Both the position numbers and the translations under genes were made by a program. A DNA stretch of 62,269 bases, filler included, from Collodictyon triciliatum (lineage: Eukaryota), in NCBI GenBank assembly GCA_043381765.1. It is 14 parts of 14 records of this genome, joined end to end, with 100 filler letters (N's around TTAATTAATTAA, not from the genome) between each part and the next. Parts side by side here need not be neighbours in the genome. Positions count along the whole stretch, not along the records: positions 46,121 to 50,633 come from JBHJMP010006013.1; positions 50,734 to 55,239 come from JBHJMP010006014.1; positions 55,340 to 59,845 come from JBHJMP010006015.1; positions 59,946 to 62,269 come from JBHJMP010006067.1; 10 more parts are not named here. One strand, 5' to 3'. Within the stretch, counting starts at the first letter, position 1. Every line of letters starts with the position of its first letter. Positions 46,680-60,141 of the stretch are shown in pieces. The notes beneath the pieces were generated by a model. That model was not told the origin of the DNA and searched no databases. It saw only the letters and a list, made by a program, of their open reading frames with translations.

Positions 46680-49600
46680 ATATGAGGACTATTATTGGAA
46701 TCGCCTCAGAGGCAAATTCAAAATGTACTCAGGGCTCAGTAAGTCGTCCGTGAACTATGCTGTTTGATACATCGGCATATAATTAAAATAAAAGTCTATT
46801 TGTAACTTTATACCACACGATCTGATTTTCTTCTCTTCCAGTGATTGTTCTCTTTGCGATTTACATCGCTGTGTTAATTCCATTAACGGAAGAGAATGAG
46901 AATAAAAACGAGGTCCTCATCTTCCAGCTGGTTCTGGTTTTCTTTCCCATGCTCGTGATGCTGATATTCGGAAACAACCACTACCTGCCCCATTCTCTCG
47001 CACTTGTTCTTAACTGTGCGGTGTTTGTCCTTTCCACTGTCGGTGCTATCCTGAGCGTTGGGCTCCTCTACTACTCTCACTTGCACCATCCCATCGTCTA
47101 TGCTGGTCTTTTTTTCGTAATCGGATGCGTGATGCCGAATTTCTAGTGAGTCTCTCTAAACCATTCAATTATTTACTCAAAGGATTTTTTATCAGATTTT
47201 TGTAAATTGCTGACAACTAAATAAACTACATCGAACCTTTTTTACGATATATTTGCAGCATTCCTTTCATTCATAGCATGGTGGTCGACTTTATCATTCT
47301 GGTCCTTTACTTTATTGCGTTGGGTTTATCCAAAGATGGATTCTCTCACGAACTGGCTCCTTTTGCTATGATCATGTTCACCGGAGCAATTGTCCTCAAC
47401 GCTTGGATCTCCAGAGATGTATTTGGACTTACCTTCACATATACACATATGCTGTAATTATATTTTGTACTTTGCGTGATAATTCTCTGTTATTCCTTCA
47501 TTTATGATGAATCAATTAATAGAGCGAAATTCAAATGAGACTGGAATTCCTGTATGCATACAAAGTTGAAGTTGAAAACAAAAGGCTCAAAGAAAAGGTT
47601 CGTCATTTATGTCCCAGTGTATTAATTGCATGATGGACAGACCTTGGACCAGACGTTTATATTTTGAAGTTCCACGCATAAGCAGGCGCACATCAAAGCA
47701 CTTAAAAATGATATGTCAACACCAGGTTTGGACTTTGGAGAACCCCAATGGTGAGAAGGCAACTGTTGGCAATGTTAATGTTGACTTGGAGTCGCCAATT
47801 GAGAAGGCGATATCAGTTCTCAACGATCTAATCAAGAGATCATGTTTGTACTCTTTACAGACAGTTGCTTACAAATCCAGTATGTTTCCTATTGTTTTCT
47901 TTCTTCTTTTTTAAATATAAAAAAATACCTTTTCCAGCCGATGAGGATGCTCGCAACCTCAAAGAAGTTCTGGAGGTAATTTCGCAGCACCAAGACATGC
48001 TTAAACCATCCATCGAAAAGCAAATTGAAGAAGGAGGAAAAGGTTAATAAAAAAATGCTTTCTACGAGAATATATAGCAATTTTTCCAAAAAATTATTGT
48101 TATTGTTATTGTTATTGTTATTGTTATTGTTATTGTTATTGTTATTGTTATTGTTATTGTTATTGTTATTAATTCATGATTACCCCCTTTGAGAAAGTTG
48201 TATGAGGTGCGCCTATGTTTACTTTTTTCTTTCTTTTTTTTCAGAGGTCGACAAAGAGATTCAGGACTGGCTCTTTTATGAACTTGCTCAGAAGGAAAAC
48301 AAGAAAACCATGGCACATAGCGACTCGTGGACTCTTAGCAAAAAGCAGGAAGTCGAGTATGATATTTATATTTGCCATCCAATTTATCCAATGAAAGGAT
48401 TATTTTTTTTTTTTTTGAGGTTTTAGTCTGTAATGCAAGATTACTATGTGCAGCGGCGCTCGTCGAGCATCAGCCCTTTCCATTTTGCCCAACATGTCCA
48501 AAGAGTATGCGAGACAGCTAGCTAAGATAAACAACTATTGAAATAGTATTTTAGATTTATTGTATTTAACCACCTGCATAATTCATCCTATAGGGAAGAA
48601 GATCGCCTCATGGCTATCCTGGGAAAAAGCCCTTGGAATTGGGATATGTTTGAACTGAAAGAAACCACGCGCGGTATTTTATATTTTATAGTATTTAGCT
48701 CAGACTTTCTTTCATTTTGGTTCTTCATATTTGAACAGAATTCGATAGATATTTGACCATTAACATTAACGAATATTTAATGTTACCACTCTTGTATTAG
48801 ATCGACCACTTTACTTTGTTACGCTGTACCTTTTTAAAAAGTACGACTTCCTCACAAAGTTTAAGATTGACGAGGCCAAGCTCCAAAACTTTATTAGCGA
48901 TGTTGAAGAAGGATATGAAAGGAAGAACGAATATCACAACAACATGCATGCTGCTGATGTACTTACTCATTATGTCATTATATTTTTTGTATTTTTGGAA
49001 TAAAAGAAGAAAAAGTATTTTCTTAAAATTCAGAAGGAGGTCCTCAACATACCTTAGTGTACTGGGTGTTATTTAAATTCGTTATGATATAAACCCTAGG
49101 TACTTTTGAGTGTTCATCATTTGATGACTACAGGGAAGCTATCAAGGTTAGAAAAAAACTGGTGCCGATTGTTTAGACATTATTATGTATGATAAGTACC
49201 ATGAATACTTTGAGCGTCTCCACTAATTTGGTATGTCAACCCTTCACTGATCGATGATGACAAAACTCTATTTAAAAATTGTAGACACGTATCTGACCTC
49301 GAGTTGTTTGCTGCACTATTGGCTGCCTGCGTCCATGATTATAAACACCCTGGATTTAATAACGCCTTTCAGGTGAGTCGATGTATTCAATATTTTCTCC
49401 CGCATTGTTCATGTTTATCTATTTGAACGCTGTCACAGTTAAGTATAAATAAAGCATTTGCGGAGGCAATGATGAACGAATATTTGGATATAACTATTTC
49501 TTTTTTTATTCAGATTAATACACTCTCCAGCAAAGCGCTTATTTACAACGACAAATCTGTACGTAGTGTCTAGCTTTAGATATTTTTAGTTAGAATACCA

Positions 49601-50371
49601 AACATTCCCAAAACAACATGCAAAATGATGCAGCAACTCTAAAACTAATGGTTGGTTAATTGGATTCCATCTTCGGACAGGTACTTGAAAACTATCATAT
49701 CTCGGCGTCCTGGATGCTGATGAAAAAGCCAAAAAATAATATTCTTGAGGGGCTTGATGAAACTCAGTATGATTTCCGAGTTTTGATATACTTTTTTCAC
49801 GAATTTTACTGTTGTTTTTTGTTTGCATCTGTAATTATTGAGGACAGAGTGTTCTACTTAAGAGTTCCATCCCCTCCCAGCTCAAATTGTTGCTGAACAT
49901 ATTGCCTTTTGAAAAATATAAATAGACGCAAGACTGTTCGTAAGGTTTTGATTGACATGATTTTGGCCACGGATATGGCGGTGGTGAGACATGAATTAGC
50001 TATATACACCGGGAAAAATATAAATGTATTATATAATATATGAATCTAGCTGAAAGTATTTCATTGCAGCACTTTGAGACAGTGGGTGATTTGAAGTCCA
50101 AGCTAATTGCGAGCAAGAATGGTTCATTACATTTTAACGAACACATATATCAATATATTTGTGTATTCATCCTATTTTTTTTTAAAAAAAAAAAACTCAT
50201 GAGTGAATCGTCTGTTATGACTTCAAAGAATATATATATGTAGTTATCATTTCATTTTCCTTCTTTTTTTTTTTATCTTACCGTGTCAAATGGGATGATT
50301 GTTAGAGCTAAACCTCGAGGATGCGCGCACCAAAGATTTGATGCTGAAAGTTGCCCTGAAAGTGGCAGACA
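46680..50371 (+). CDS. Class I cyclic nucleotide phosphodiesterase with N-terminal multi-pass TM region (partial)
   Basis: Hydrophobic exons at 46842-47146 and 47260-47420. Catalytic motifs across many small exons: YHNNMHAADV, AACVHDYKHPGFNNAF, YNDKS-VLENYH, ILATDM and LKVAD. Confidence 0.9.
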
Positions 50372-51998
50372 GTAAAGACTAATCCATTATAATGTTAAGT
50401 AATGCAATAGCCGAATTAAACTTTTTTTCTCTTTTCTTTTTCTCTTTTCTCTTTTCTCTTTTCTCTTTTCTCTTTTCTCTTTTCTCTTTTCTCTTTTCTC
50501 TTTTCTCTTTTCTCTTTTCTCTTTTCTCTTTTCTCTTTTCTCTTTTCTCTTTTCTCTTTTCTCTTTTCTCTTTTCTTTTTCTCTTTTCTTTTTCTCTTTT
50601 CTTTTTTCTCTTTTCTCTTTTCTTTTTTCTCTTNNNNNNNNNNNNNNNNNNNNNNNNNNNNNNNNNNNNNNNNNNNNTTAATTAATTAANNNNNNNNNNN
50701 NNNNNNNNNNNNNNNNNNNNNNNNNNNNNNNNNCAATAGAAATACAATAGAAATACAATAGAAATACAATAGAAATACAATAGAAATACAATAGAAATAC
50801 AATAGAAATACAATAGAAATACAATAGAAATACAATAGAAATACAATAGAAACAAAAAAGGAGTGCTTATTGAAGCAATCATAAATGAATAGTGAGTGAC
50901 AAGTATGCTCATAATTATTCATGTAAATGCACAATGACTCGAAGCTTCGTCGAGGGTACAATCATATGAGCATCATTACACTCATAGCTTGTGAATCGGG
51001 CGGGCTCTCTGCTGAATACGCATCCATGCATAAACGGGCGACGCACAAAGAGCTACAGAAAGAGATTCAGCCAGACAAGATCCTAATTCTGAAATATAGT
51101 AACTTGAATAACTAAACCAACATTTAATTGAGAGCAAAAATAACACTAAACAAAGAATGATAGTATATAAAAAAACAAAAACAAAACGAGATGCCGGTCG
51201 GCCAAAGTTCTTTTAAAAATGACTGCTGAAAGAAAATGAACCAATCAAACAGTTCCGTCGTTCTTTTGAAGTTGTTTCCAATTTTTTTTTTATGATATGT
51301 GTTCTTTTCTCCTGTGGATACGATATATTCACGAGAAAAGTCTCGCGACGCTGTTCAGGGAGCGAGAATGAAATCAATTTCTGTTCTATTAAAAAAAAAG
51401 TGAAAAGACGGATCAGATCGGGCGTAACGATTGCCATTAACAAAACGTTGATTTGATACCTTATTTAGTATGAATTCTACGAAAGATCACTTTCATCAGT
51501 TTCATTTCCCCATACCTGGCAATTTGCTTGTTTCTAATCGCTGTCGATGTAAATAGTTTTTGTTTTTAAAATAAAACAGCGGTTGCTAAAATGGATTTTT
51601 TTTATTCGGTATTATATCCCTAAATGTGGTGTCTTTTCTTTGTTCATTATTTTCATTTTTTATAGAGTAAAAATTCTTTGATTTGGCATAAGGACAACGC
51701 GATTCGACGCAGCATTTTTGTTGCAAATGTATGATCAGTATTTGACCTCCACTAAGTACAAATCCTTGTTTGTATGAACGTAAATAATATGTACCAAAAA
51801 TCTAAATAATTTTATTTCGCAATCTAATATTTTTTTCCTCAATAGTTGAAAACAGTCAGACTACAGAAGTTACGCAGGAAGCATCGTAAATGAATAGTTA
51901 TAATACTCAATTTGATAAAACTTATCAGGAGAAAAAAAAAAGTCACACAAACATGAATTCAGTAAATAAACAAAGCAAAAATATCCAAAAGATAGCCA

Positions 51999-54900
51999 TC
52001 AAGTATCAAAGTCTTCGAATTCGTCGTCGTCGTCCTCTTCATCGTATCCGACTCCATCGTGGATGTGTGATTCTCTGTGTTCGTCATCGTATCCATATCC
52101 CGGCACAACAAACTTATCCAATGGATAATTCAAAGAAGCAACCTCCTTCCACTTCCAAATGTGTGAATACTTTGACATAGAAAATACGTGTTCAAAACGA
52201 CTGTCTTTGTGACACGAGTCCTTCACACAGGACTCCGACCCAACCACCAAAGAGTTGTACGAATCGTGCCATCGCAACTGCGTCCCGAATCCCATTCCAG
52301 AGAATGCTTCTGATGGGTGAATGCGACCTATCCGGAGGAAACTTTGGTTTGGACTCAGTGAAAATATGTGCACAGAACCAGAAGCATGTTTCGAAAGCGG
52401 GTCAGACGGGTCACCAATAAAGAGAATATCTCCAAAAACCGACAAGGAATGGCCAAAGTGCAATGAGTGGCTTGAGCATATCTTTTGGACTAAAACCCAT
52501 CCGCGGTCCATATGGAATACGTATATCGCATGCAGGTGCGGGTCGAATGGCTGGTTCCCCACAATGACCCAGTCCGAATTTATGGCGAGTGAATGGCCAA
52601 ACCGGTCTCCGTCTCGAAGATCAGCAGCAATCAGCCGAACTGGATTGCGCGCCCAATCGCCCGTGGATTTCCGACGGAACAGAAATATAGCGCCTGTGTG
52701 CTTGGACAAGGTTTTTGAATGATGGTTGGGTGCCCCAATAACAGCATATATCTCAAAGAATCCTATAGAGTATCCAAACTCTTCATCAGACTGATAGGTA
52801 CGCGAGCGGAGGGTTTCGGGCATACTAAGACAAGTGCGGTCTGAAGTAGAGCGGCTGCTGGATGGCAGTCTGGACGAAGGTGTGAACGATTTTGTGGGGG
52901 ATGGCGTCACTGGTTTAAGGAAAGCCGTGAGTTCTGTATGAAGACAGTCATATACAAACACAAAACTGCCTTCAGAATCATTTGAGTCTGCATTACTTGA
53001 AGAGGCAAAAAGGATGTTGTCTTTGATAAAAAGCCGATTTCCAAACTGTATGTTGCGCTTTGTACTGGGATGTGTAATAATCTTCACAGGATGAATGGGC
53101 ATTTCTGTAGGATGAAAAGGGAGATGTGATGTAAGTGATGCAATCGTGTATACTTCAATCGATCTGTTTTTGCATCCATCGTACGTGACGTTGTTACACT
53201 GGATGCGAGAAAGAATCAAAAAATCTTTAGAGAAGACAAGGGCTCCAACTCCATTATATCCTTGCGCGAAAAACGGATATTTGTGAGATGACGTAAAGAG
53301 AGTAGCAGACTTTGCCTCTTCTTCGCCTGTATTTTTTTTTAAAATAAAATATAAAATTCAGGTTTACGATTCAAATAGAGTACGCTTCATGAATACTATG
53401 GAATACATGGATGAGTTTATTATATATATATATAAAAGGGAGCCTGTGAAACATCATACGAATTTCTAGCATCGGTTTGGGGTAATTGCTTTTTGGGAGC
53501 CCTGCATAAAACATGTTTTCGCTATTCAGAGGCACAAGAGATGATTGTGTCATCGCCAGAGTAAATAAATTATGCCCAAATACTTGAATACGAGACCCAA
53601 ACAGCAACGCATTCTTTCGCATGTTCGACAGCGCACTTGATGAAGGGACAATTCTCTGGACCGGAACCCATCTTCCTGCCTTGAGGGAGCCAATTGAGCG
53701 ATGCCAATCGTACTCGTCTTCAAGTTCTTTATTCTCATATCGAACTCTTCCCTCATCTTTATTTGGTAATGGATACCAGTGATATATGAGAATGTAGTCT
53801 GTAGTACATGTAATGAGAACCTCTCTTTCCCAGAGGGCATTTGTAAAGATTAAATTCTTGCTCAGCCCGGTGTTTCTTTTTGGGTCATTCTTGCGTGCTT
53901 TGATGGCTTTGTACTTATCTACCTCATCCAAGGAATCAAAATCGTTCATAGAGTCCTGGATAGATAGTATCCCTGATTGGATTGCATTTTGCGAGTCTCC
54001 TGGGATGCTATAAATAACCAGATACTTGGCCATGACAGATACAAATCCCCATGGACTGAAGGATAATCCCATCACTTCCGATTCTATCGGGAATATTTTC
54101 ACGAGATTCAGGGTGTGGTATACGTAAATATGACCAGTGGATCCGATTGATATCAAGTCTGCATGGACTGCCAGCGCTATTCCGAATCTTTGGTCTTGGG
54201 CATTTATCGGGTGATATTCGCCTGCAAATAATGGGTCCGGCTTGCCGTATTGAAAGGTATGTTCTGCGGCGAGGCGATAGCGATAAACAGCACCAACACC
54301 TAGTGAGAAGAATGGCGCCGAAATCCATACATTCTGATGAAATCTGTCGATAACAACAACATGACCAAAAGATGCATTGTGAAGTTTAGACTCGTCTTCA
54401 CTTCGTTGGGGTTGCTTGTATGTAGCCCCGTTTTCCTCTGGACCAGCGTTCGGTGTTGGGTTACGTTCGTTATCAAAATCAACGTTATGGTCAATATGTA
54501 ATGATTGTTCACCGTCAGGCCACGGCGGCTCAAGGATAGCCTGCTCCTCCCAAAGTCCCTCACTCTTTTCTGCATACACAAACACAGCTCCGCTGCTGAT
54601 GAGAACGGGCGTGTATACTTGACGCGAGTAGATAAACCGAGGCGCACTTATGTAAAGAGCATCGTCCGAAAATGCCAGGTAAGCACCGAATCCGCTTTTC
54701 TCATGGTCGTCAGTGAGTGAAAGCATCGTTGGAGTATCGCGCCTGCAAAAGAAATCCGGGCTGAAAACTCCTGTCTTTCTCGGGCTGCTGTTAGAGTCGG
54801 GCTTCGGGGTGAGGCTGAATACAAGAACGTGGTTGCTTGAGGCTTGTTGACTGGCATGGATTTTGCCTGGAGAAACGGCGATGTGGGTGGGACTGATGGC

Positions 54901-55083
54901 GATGGCTCGCAAAGGCGAGTCTGTGCTGCATGTGATGTTGTATGTCTCGGCGAACTGCAGCGTGTTTCGGTCGCTCGTGCGTGGCGCGGCAAAGGTCAAG
55001 GGAGTTTTGTTATGGTGGTGGAGAATGTAAAAAAGAGGAAAGAGCGCCCGCAAAAGAAGAAAGAGGCCGCAGCGATCTCTCAT
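51999..55083 (-). CDS. Secreted FG-GAP (integrin-alpha-type beta-propeller) repeat protein, 2 exons, about 909 aa
   Basis: The two listed ORFs join through a GT-AG intron (exon 55083-53460, exon 53104-51999; phase 1, ...LEIQMPIH...). Hydrophobic N-terminus. Repeated FG.sla...l.igap...GAV motifs (FGAYLA..ISAP..SGAV, FGYSIG..IGAP..TGAI, FGHSLS..IGDP..SGSV). Acidic tail. Confidence 0.8.
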
Positions 55084-55147
55084 CTGCCGCCGCGTCCTGA
55101 CGCTGGTCTTTCTGGTGCTTGGCGTAGGAGTAGGAGAATCCCTGCGT

Positions 55148-55239
<92 letters not shown>

Positions 55240-55521
55240 NNNNNNNNNNNNNNNNNNNNNNNNNNNNNNNNNNNNNNNNNNNNTTAATTAATTAANNNNN
55301 NNNNNNNNNNNNNNNNNNNNNNNNNNNNNNNNNNNNNNNTGTTTTTTATGTTTTTTATGTTTTTTATGTTTTTTATGTTTTTTATGTTTTTTATGTTTTT
55401 TATGTTTTTTATGTTTTTTATGTTTTTTATGTTTTTTGTGTTTTATATTTTATATTTTATATTTTATATTTTATATTTTATATTTTATATTTTATATTTT
55501 ATATTATGATTCATTTTACCA

Positions 55522-56403
55522 GATTCCTACTTGGTCTTGGACCGAGACCAGGACGGAATGCTCAGCAAGGTAGAATTTCTGGACTACCCAGGATGCCAAT
55601 TTACTGACGTCTTTGTCGATCGACTCTATGAGGAATTACAAACGTACGATAATAATATGGTATGGGGCATTTGTATTTAGATTATATTTTTGCATCATCA
55701 AACATAGCTATGTTTCAGAAACCCTAAATAATAATAATCTCTACGGATGTTTATATAGGACTTCAAGACATATTTGGACTTTTCGATTGCCATCCAAAAC
55801 AAAAAATCGAAAGAATCGATCCAATACTTTTTCAAGATTCTGGACATCAGGAAAAACGGATACTTGAGCGTATACGAAATTAACTATTTTTACCGGGTAT
55901 GCAATCTGTCGTTAATTTTATCTTCTGTTGTTCATGCCCCAACCTATTCCACCAATTATGTATATAGAACGATTTGTGTTATCTATGTCTAACTTGATTC
56001 CCTCCAACAGGAAGTGAGAAAAGGATTGTCAGCGTATGATGGCGATATGCCGACGGTAGAGGATGTCAAGGTGAATGCAAAACTTAATCAACCGATGATA
56101 ATACACATGCAAAAAAAGAAAAAAACTCGGCATCAACTGCAACACCTGGTTCTCATTTTATAGCCCCCAGTCTTATTGCATGTATTCACTTCATTCCCAC
56201 GACCGCCATAGGACGAAATATTTGATTTAATCACACCTGAGCACCCCCACCACATCACTCTGAAAGATTTAGCCTCGAGCGGCTGCGGGGAGCTTATTGT
56301 CACGATGCTAATCGACGTGCGTGGCTTTTTCTACTACGACAACCGGGAGCGATTTATGCAAGAGCCTCAAGAGGAGTACACAGACGAACTTACCGACGAG
56401 TAA
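55522..56403 (+). CDS. PPP2R3C: PP2A regulatory subunit B''-gamma (PPP2R3C/TON2-like), 3' exons
   Basis: EF-hand-like YLVLDRDQDGMLSKVE...FVDRLYEE, DFKTYLDF...SIQYFFKILDIRKNGYL, VEDVK-DEIFDLI.P, ITLKDL..SGCG...MLIDVRGFFYYDNRE. Confidence 0.9.
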
Positions 56404-56895
56404 ACAAGCCAACGCAAAGCCCTTAAGCAAAATATTGGTGCAACTGCCGAACGAGGACGATGTGAATTATCATAAATCTCACTGACTCTTTGAAAAAACT
56501 AGAATCGTGATACCAAATGCAACATGTCTGAGAGCTCATACAAGACATTTGTTCCTTTGTTCCTTCCATGCATCATTACTTATCCTTTCTTTTGTTTTTA
56601 TTCTCTGCGGCTGCTGCTGTGACTAAAAAATTAAGATTATAGTAATTGAGACGACTTTGTCCTTTTATTTTTATTTTTGTCCTTTTTTGTCCTTATTTTC
56701 TCATTTCCTCATTTTTTTTTCTTTTGTTGGAGTGCCCTATCGGATTGTGAATTTATTCAACATCATTTTCTGTTTTTGCTTCCCAAGTTACAAAAATAGG
56801 TATTCCTTTTTGCTCAGAGGTATTCACATATACTGTCGGGTATGTGGTTTATTCGGGCGTAATGGGTCGTTGGTCTTGCACTTGAATGCTTTTCG

Positions 56896-59845
56896 CTACT
56901 GTCTAGTATCACTCTGCTGCGTTTGCTCAGCCTCCTTCGGTCGGATTTCCTTTGCAAGGTCCGTCCAAAGCCTCGATAGCTACAAATGGATAAAGTGTGT
57001 CCCAAATAAAAAAAAACATTTATGTAATTAAAGCTCTTGAAAGCAGCTGTAGTTCAGGTATTCTGATGATTTATTTTCCTTCTTTTTCTCTATTTAATCC
57101 TTTTTTTAAAAAAAATAATGTATATATCTAATATTTAATACATGTTTTCTTGGAAAGGTTTCATATTGTCTCTAATTAATGCTAATCAGATATTTCGAGT
57201 AATAGAGTGTGGATATTTACCTGAGACTCGTATTCAATCTGCATCTCTATGTATTTGATAAGACATTCTTTCATCTCGGCCGTTCTCTCACTTTCGAAGC
57301 GACGCAGCTCACCTCGGATTCTAATTCAGTAATTGCTTCTTTTTTTTTTGTTTCATATTGTTTTCATAATTCTTTGATTTATGAAAACGGAGTGTTCTTG
57401 ATCAAATCGATATATATGAGTTAGCAGATGGACAAGTGGTGATAGGAGAGTATATCAGCGAAACAGGATTTACTGACGTTGCACTTGCTTTACTGAAGTC
57501 TGCCTGTACCGACTCGCTCTTTGCTGTGGCCTGTGTACCAACGGAAAAAAGTTCTGGTTACACAAACATAGAAATCAATAACAAATATGCTATGATTTCA
57601 TTTAGTGGATAATCGTTTGTTTCTGTTTTTTTCTTCTCGTTGTTGTTGGAAAGTGGCAGGTTTCTTATTCTGGCAACTACATCTGCAAGCTCCTTCTCAG
57701 CAGCAGGTAATTTGCTATCCTTCTTTGGGGCGCTTTTCATCTTGTCAACTTTATCTTGCTTTTCTATGGTATTTTTATCATTTTTTAGGTATTTATAAGA
57801 TCAACATACCTATTAATAAAATGAAAAAAATGTTAGTCTGCATCAACATGAACAAATATTCAAAGTAAATATGCGCTCCATTCGACCTTGCATGCTTTTG
57901 TTGGCAGACTCCAACTGAGACAACAGGGTTTGGCGATTCGTCAATGTTGTCTAAAATCATAATTATATTTAATGCGCGAGCGAACTAATGTATTAGAGGG
58001 AGAAAAAAAACTGCTATGATTATTCAAGTTGCAGGTAAACTTCATTTATTTCATTTTTCCTCTTGGATGCCTTTCGTTCACACATCTATTTTTTCATGTC
58101 TATTCCGAATAAATAGAAGTGGAATGGGAATAACCTTTCCTGATGACGCTAGCTTGGAATAGTAGCTTGCTGGTTCTTCCATATATTGATGCTCTGACTT
58201 GGCCTGAGTAAATTTAGAAAATAAAATGAATAAAGTATTCGTATTTATGTCAACTATATTCTCAGACAACCAAATGAATTGCACATCAATCCCATACGAC
58301 TTCTATGAAATGAAAATTTTATCTTAGCGGGTAAGAAACACGTGATTGCTATACATATCATTAATACTTGCTCCACGATGACTGCACTAGATTTCTCTGC
58401 CACAGCAGCAAACTGAGACATAACCAAAGAAAGAGGAGAGTCCACTTCAGCGCTGGAAAGCATCCGAGAACCGTGTCCCAAATCAGTGAGGGCAGTTGCT
58501 AACTCTACAGTTAATGCAGGCAATCAGTTCTCTACTTTAATTGTTTCGTTTTCTGTAATTATGTGTCTGTAAGTGAACTAAACCATAATCGAAGAAAGAG
58601 GGAACCCTGATATCATTTCAAATGCATGTTGTACTGCAATAAGAGACTTCAAAGTAATAATACATTAAGGAATAAAAAAAAAGGCGTCTAAATCGTCCTT
58701 CAGAATTTGATAAGATATAGTACCTTTCTGCCTTTCCCCAAGTTTTTCGCTACTTTTAGCAATTGATTCGAGACTTTTATTCATCTTCGTCAAACTTTGC
58801 TTTTGCTCCTCAAAATACTAAATGTGACAGATTGATTATCGATGATATCTCTCCAGATGAGAGAGAATAAGCCTTGCTTCAACGAGCAATGTTAATATGG
58901 TGAGCTAGAAACTGTAAGGATAAATGTACGGGTTCGGGCTCTTTCGGAGCTCCCATGACTGAATCAACTAAAGAAATGAACCCAGATGTCCAAGCTCGGC
59001 CCAATTTCGAAGACAAAATATTAGTTTGAGATTTTGTAGTATTCCATCCCTATAACAGTGATATTTTTTTTAATCTGATCAGAATTCTTCTTGAGGAAAA
59101 TTCAAATTTATATTAAGTAGAGAACCTTATATATATAATTATTCTATCCAGATTCATTTTATGACTTATGGATTCTTACGAATAGGAAATATTAGACAAT
59201 CTGACAGATTTGATAGGGCATTCCAAATAAATATACAAATGGACAACTAGCATTAATATATCGTAAATCGAGAGAATCAAATAACCTCTTCGCTGGCTGT
59301 CAAAAACATCAATAAATCGGGGCTGTTGGTAATGCCAGGATGTGTAGTTATTTTCTAATTAACTTAGCTTATCAGCAAGAAGATTGCATTCGCAGTTGTG
59401 TGATAACAAAAGAAAACATTTAAATTTTTCTTTGGATGCAGTTAAAATCACGATATTGAATTAGGAAATCATAGATTCGTACCTTCAAAAAATATTCTAG
59501 CTCTTTTCTTCTAGTTTCGATGAATTCTTTTGAAAATTTCCCTAAGTCGGTTTGAAACGATAACAGCTATTAATCAGTAGAAATTGTAACATCGCAGTTA
59601 TTAGATACATTCGTTGAAATTACTTCGATGGTGTTTTTAAGCCACCAAAAAAAAACTGGAATAATATGTATTGTAATTTTCGATTCAATCTTATAACAGC
59701 AAAGCCATTCTTTATCGAAGGAAAAAAATGTTATATTTTCTGTCTGATTCCTCAGGACAACCTGTGCTTGTAACATGCTTCTCTGGGAGTGGTGGAATAA
59801 TCAAGTAAGGATACCCCGTGCTAAGCTTCTCGTGGACCCATTCGA
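56896..59845 (-). CDS. PX-BAR sorting nexin (SNX1/2/Vps5-like), 5' end missing
   Basis: PX motifs WVHEKLSTGYPYLIIPPLPEKH and FIETRRKELEYFL...HP...S.DL.MFL. BAR helices include ELRRFESERTAEMKECLIKYIEMQIEYESQ-LSRLW. Many small GT-AG exons; stop at 56896-56898. Confidence 0.88.
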
Positions 59846-60141
59846 NNNNNNNNNNNNNNNNNNNNNNNNNNNNNNNNNNNNNNNNNNNNTTAATTAATTA
59901 ANNNNNNNNNNNNNNNNNNNNNNNNNNNNNNNNNNNNNNNNNNNNTTTTTTTTATTTTTCCCCCTTATTTTTTTTTAATTTTTCTTTTTTTTTTTTCCCT
60001 TTTCCCTTTTCCCTTTTTTTTTTTTTTTTTTTTTTTTTTGAGCACACATAGACATCCCAAGTTAAAATAGTCGATACGAGATGGTAGGCCACCGAAAAAT
60101 TTATAAAGCTGAGTCTGCATGGCGTCTTTGATTTAGCCTCT

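Noticed and set aside
4520-59945. Regularly spaced palindromic TTAATTAATTAA every ~4.6 kb, suggesting a periodic element or array
   Set aside because: It is always centred in exactly 100 bp of N padding. This is an artificial six-frame-stop contig linker, and the periodicity reflects size-sorted contigs.
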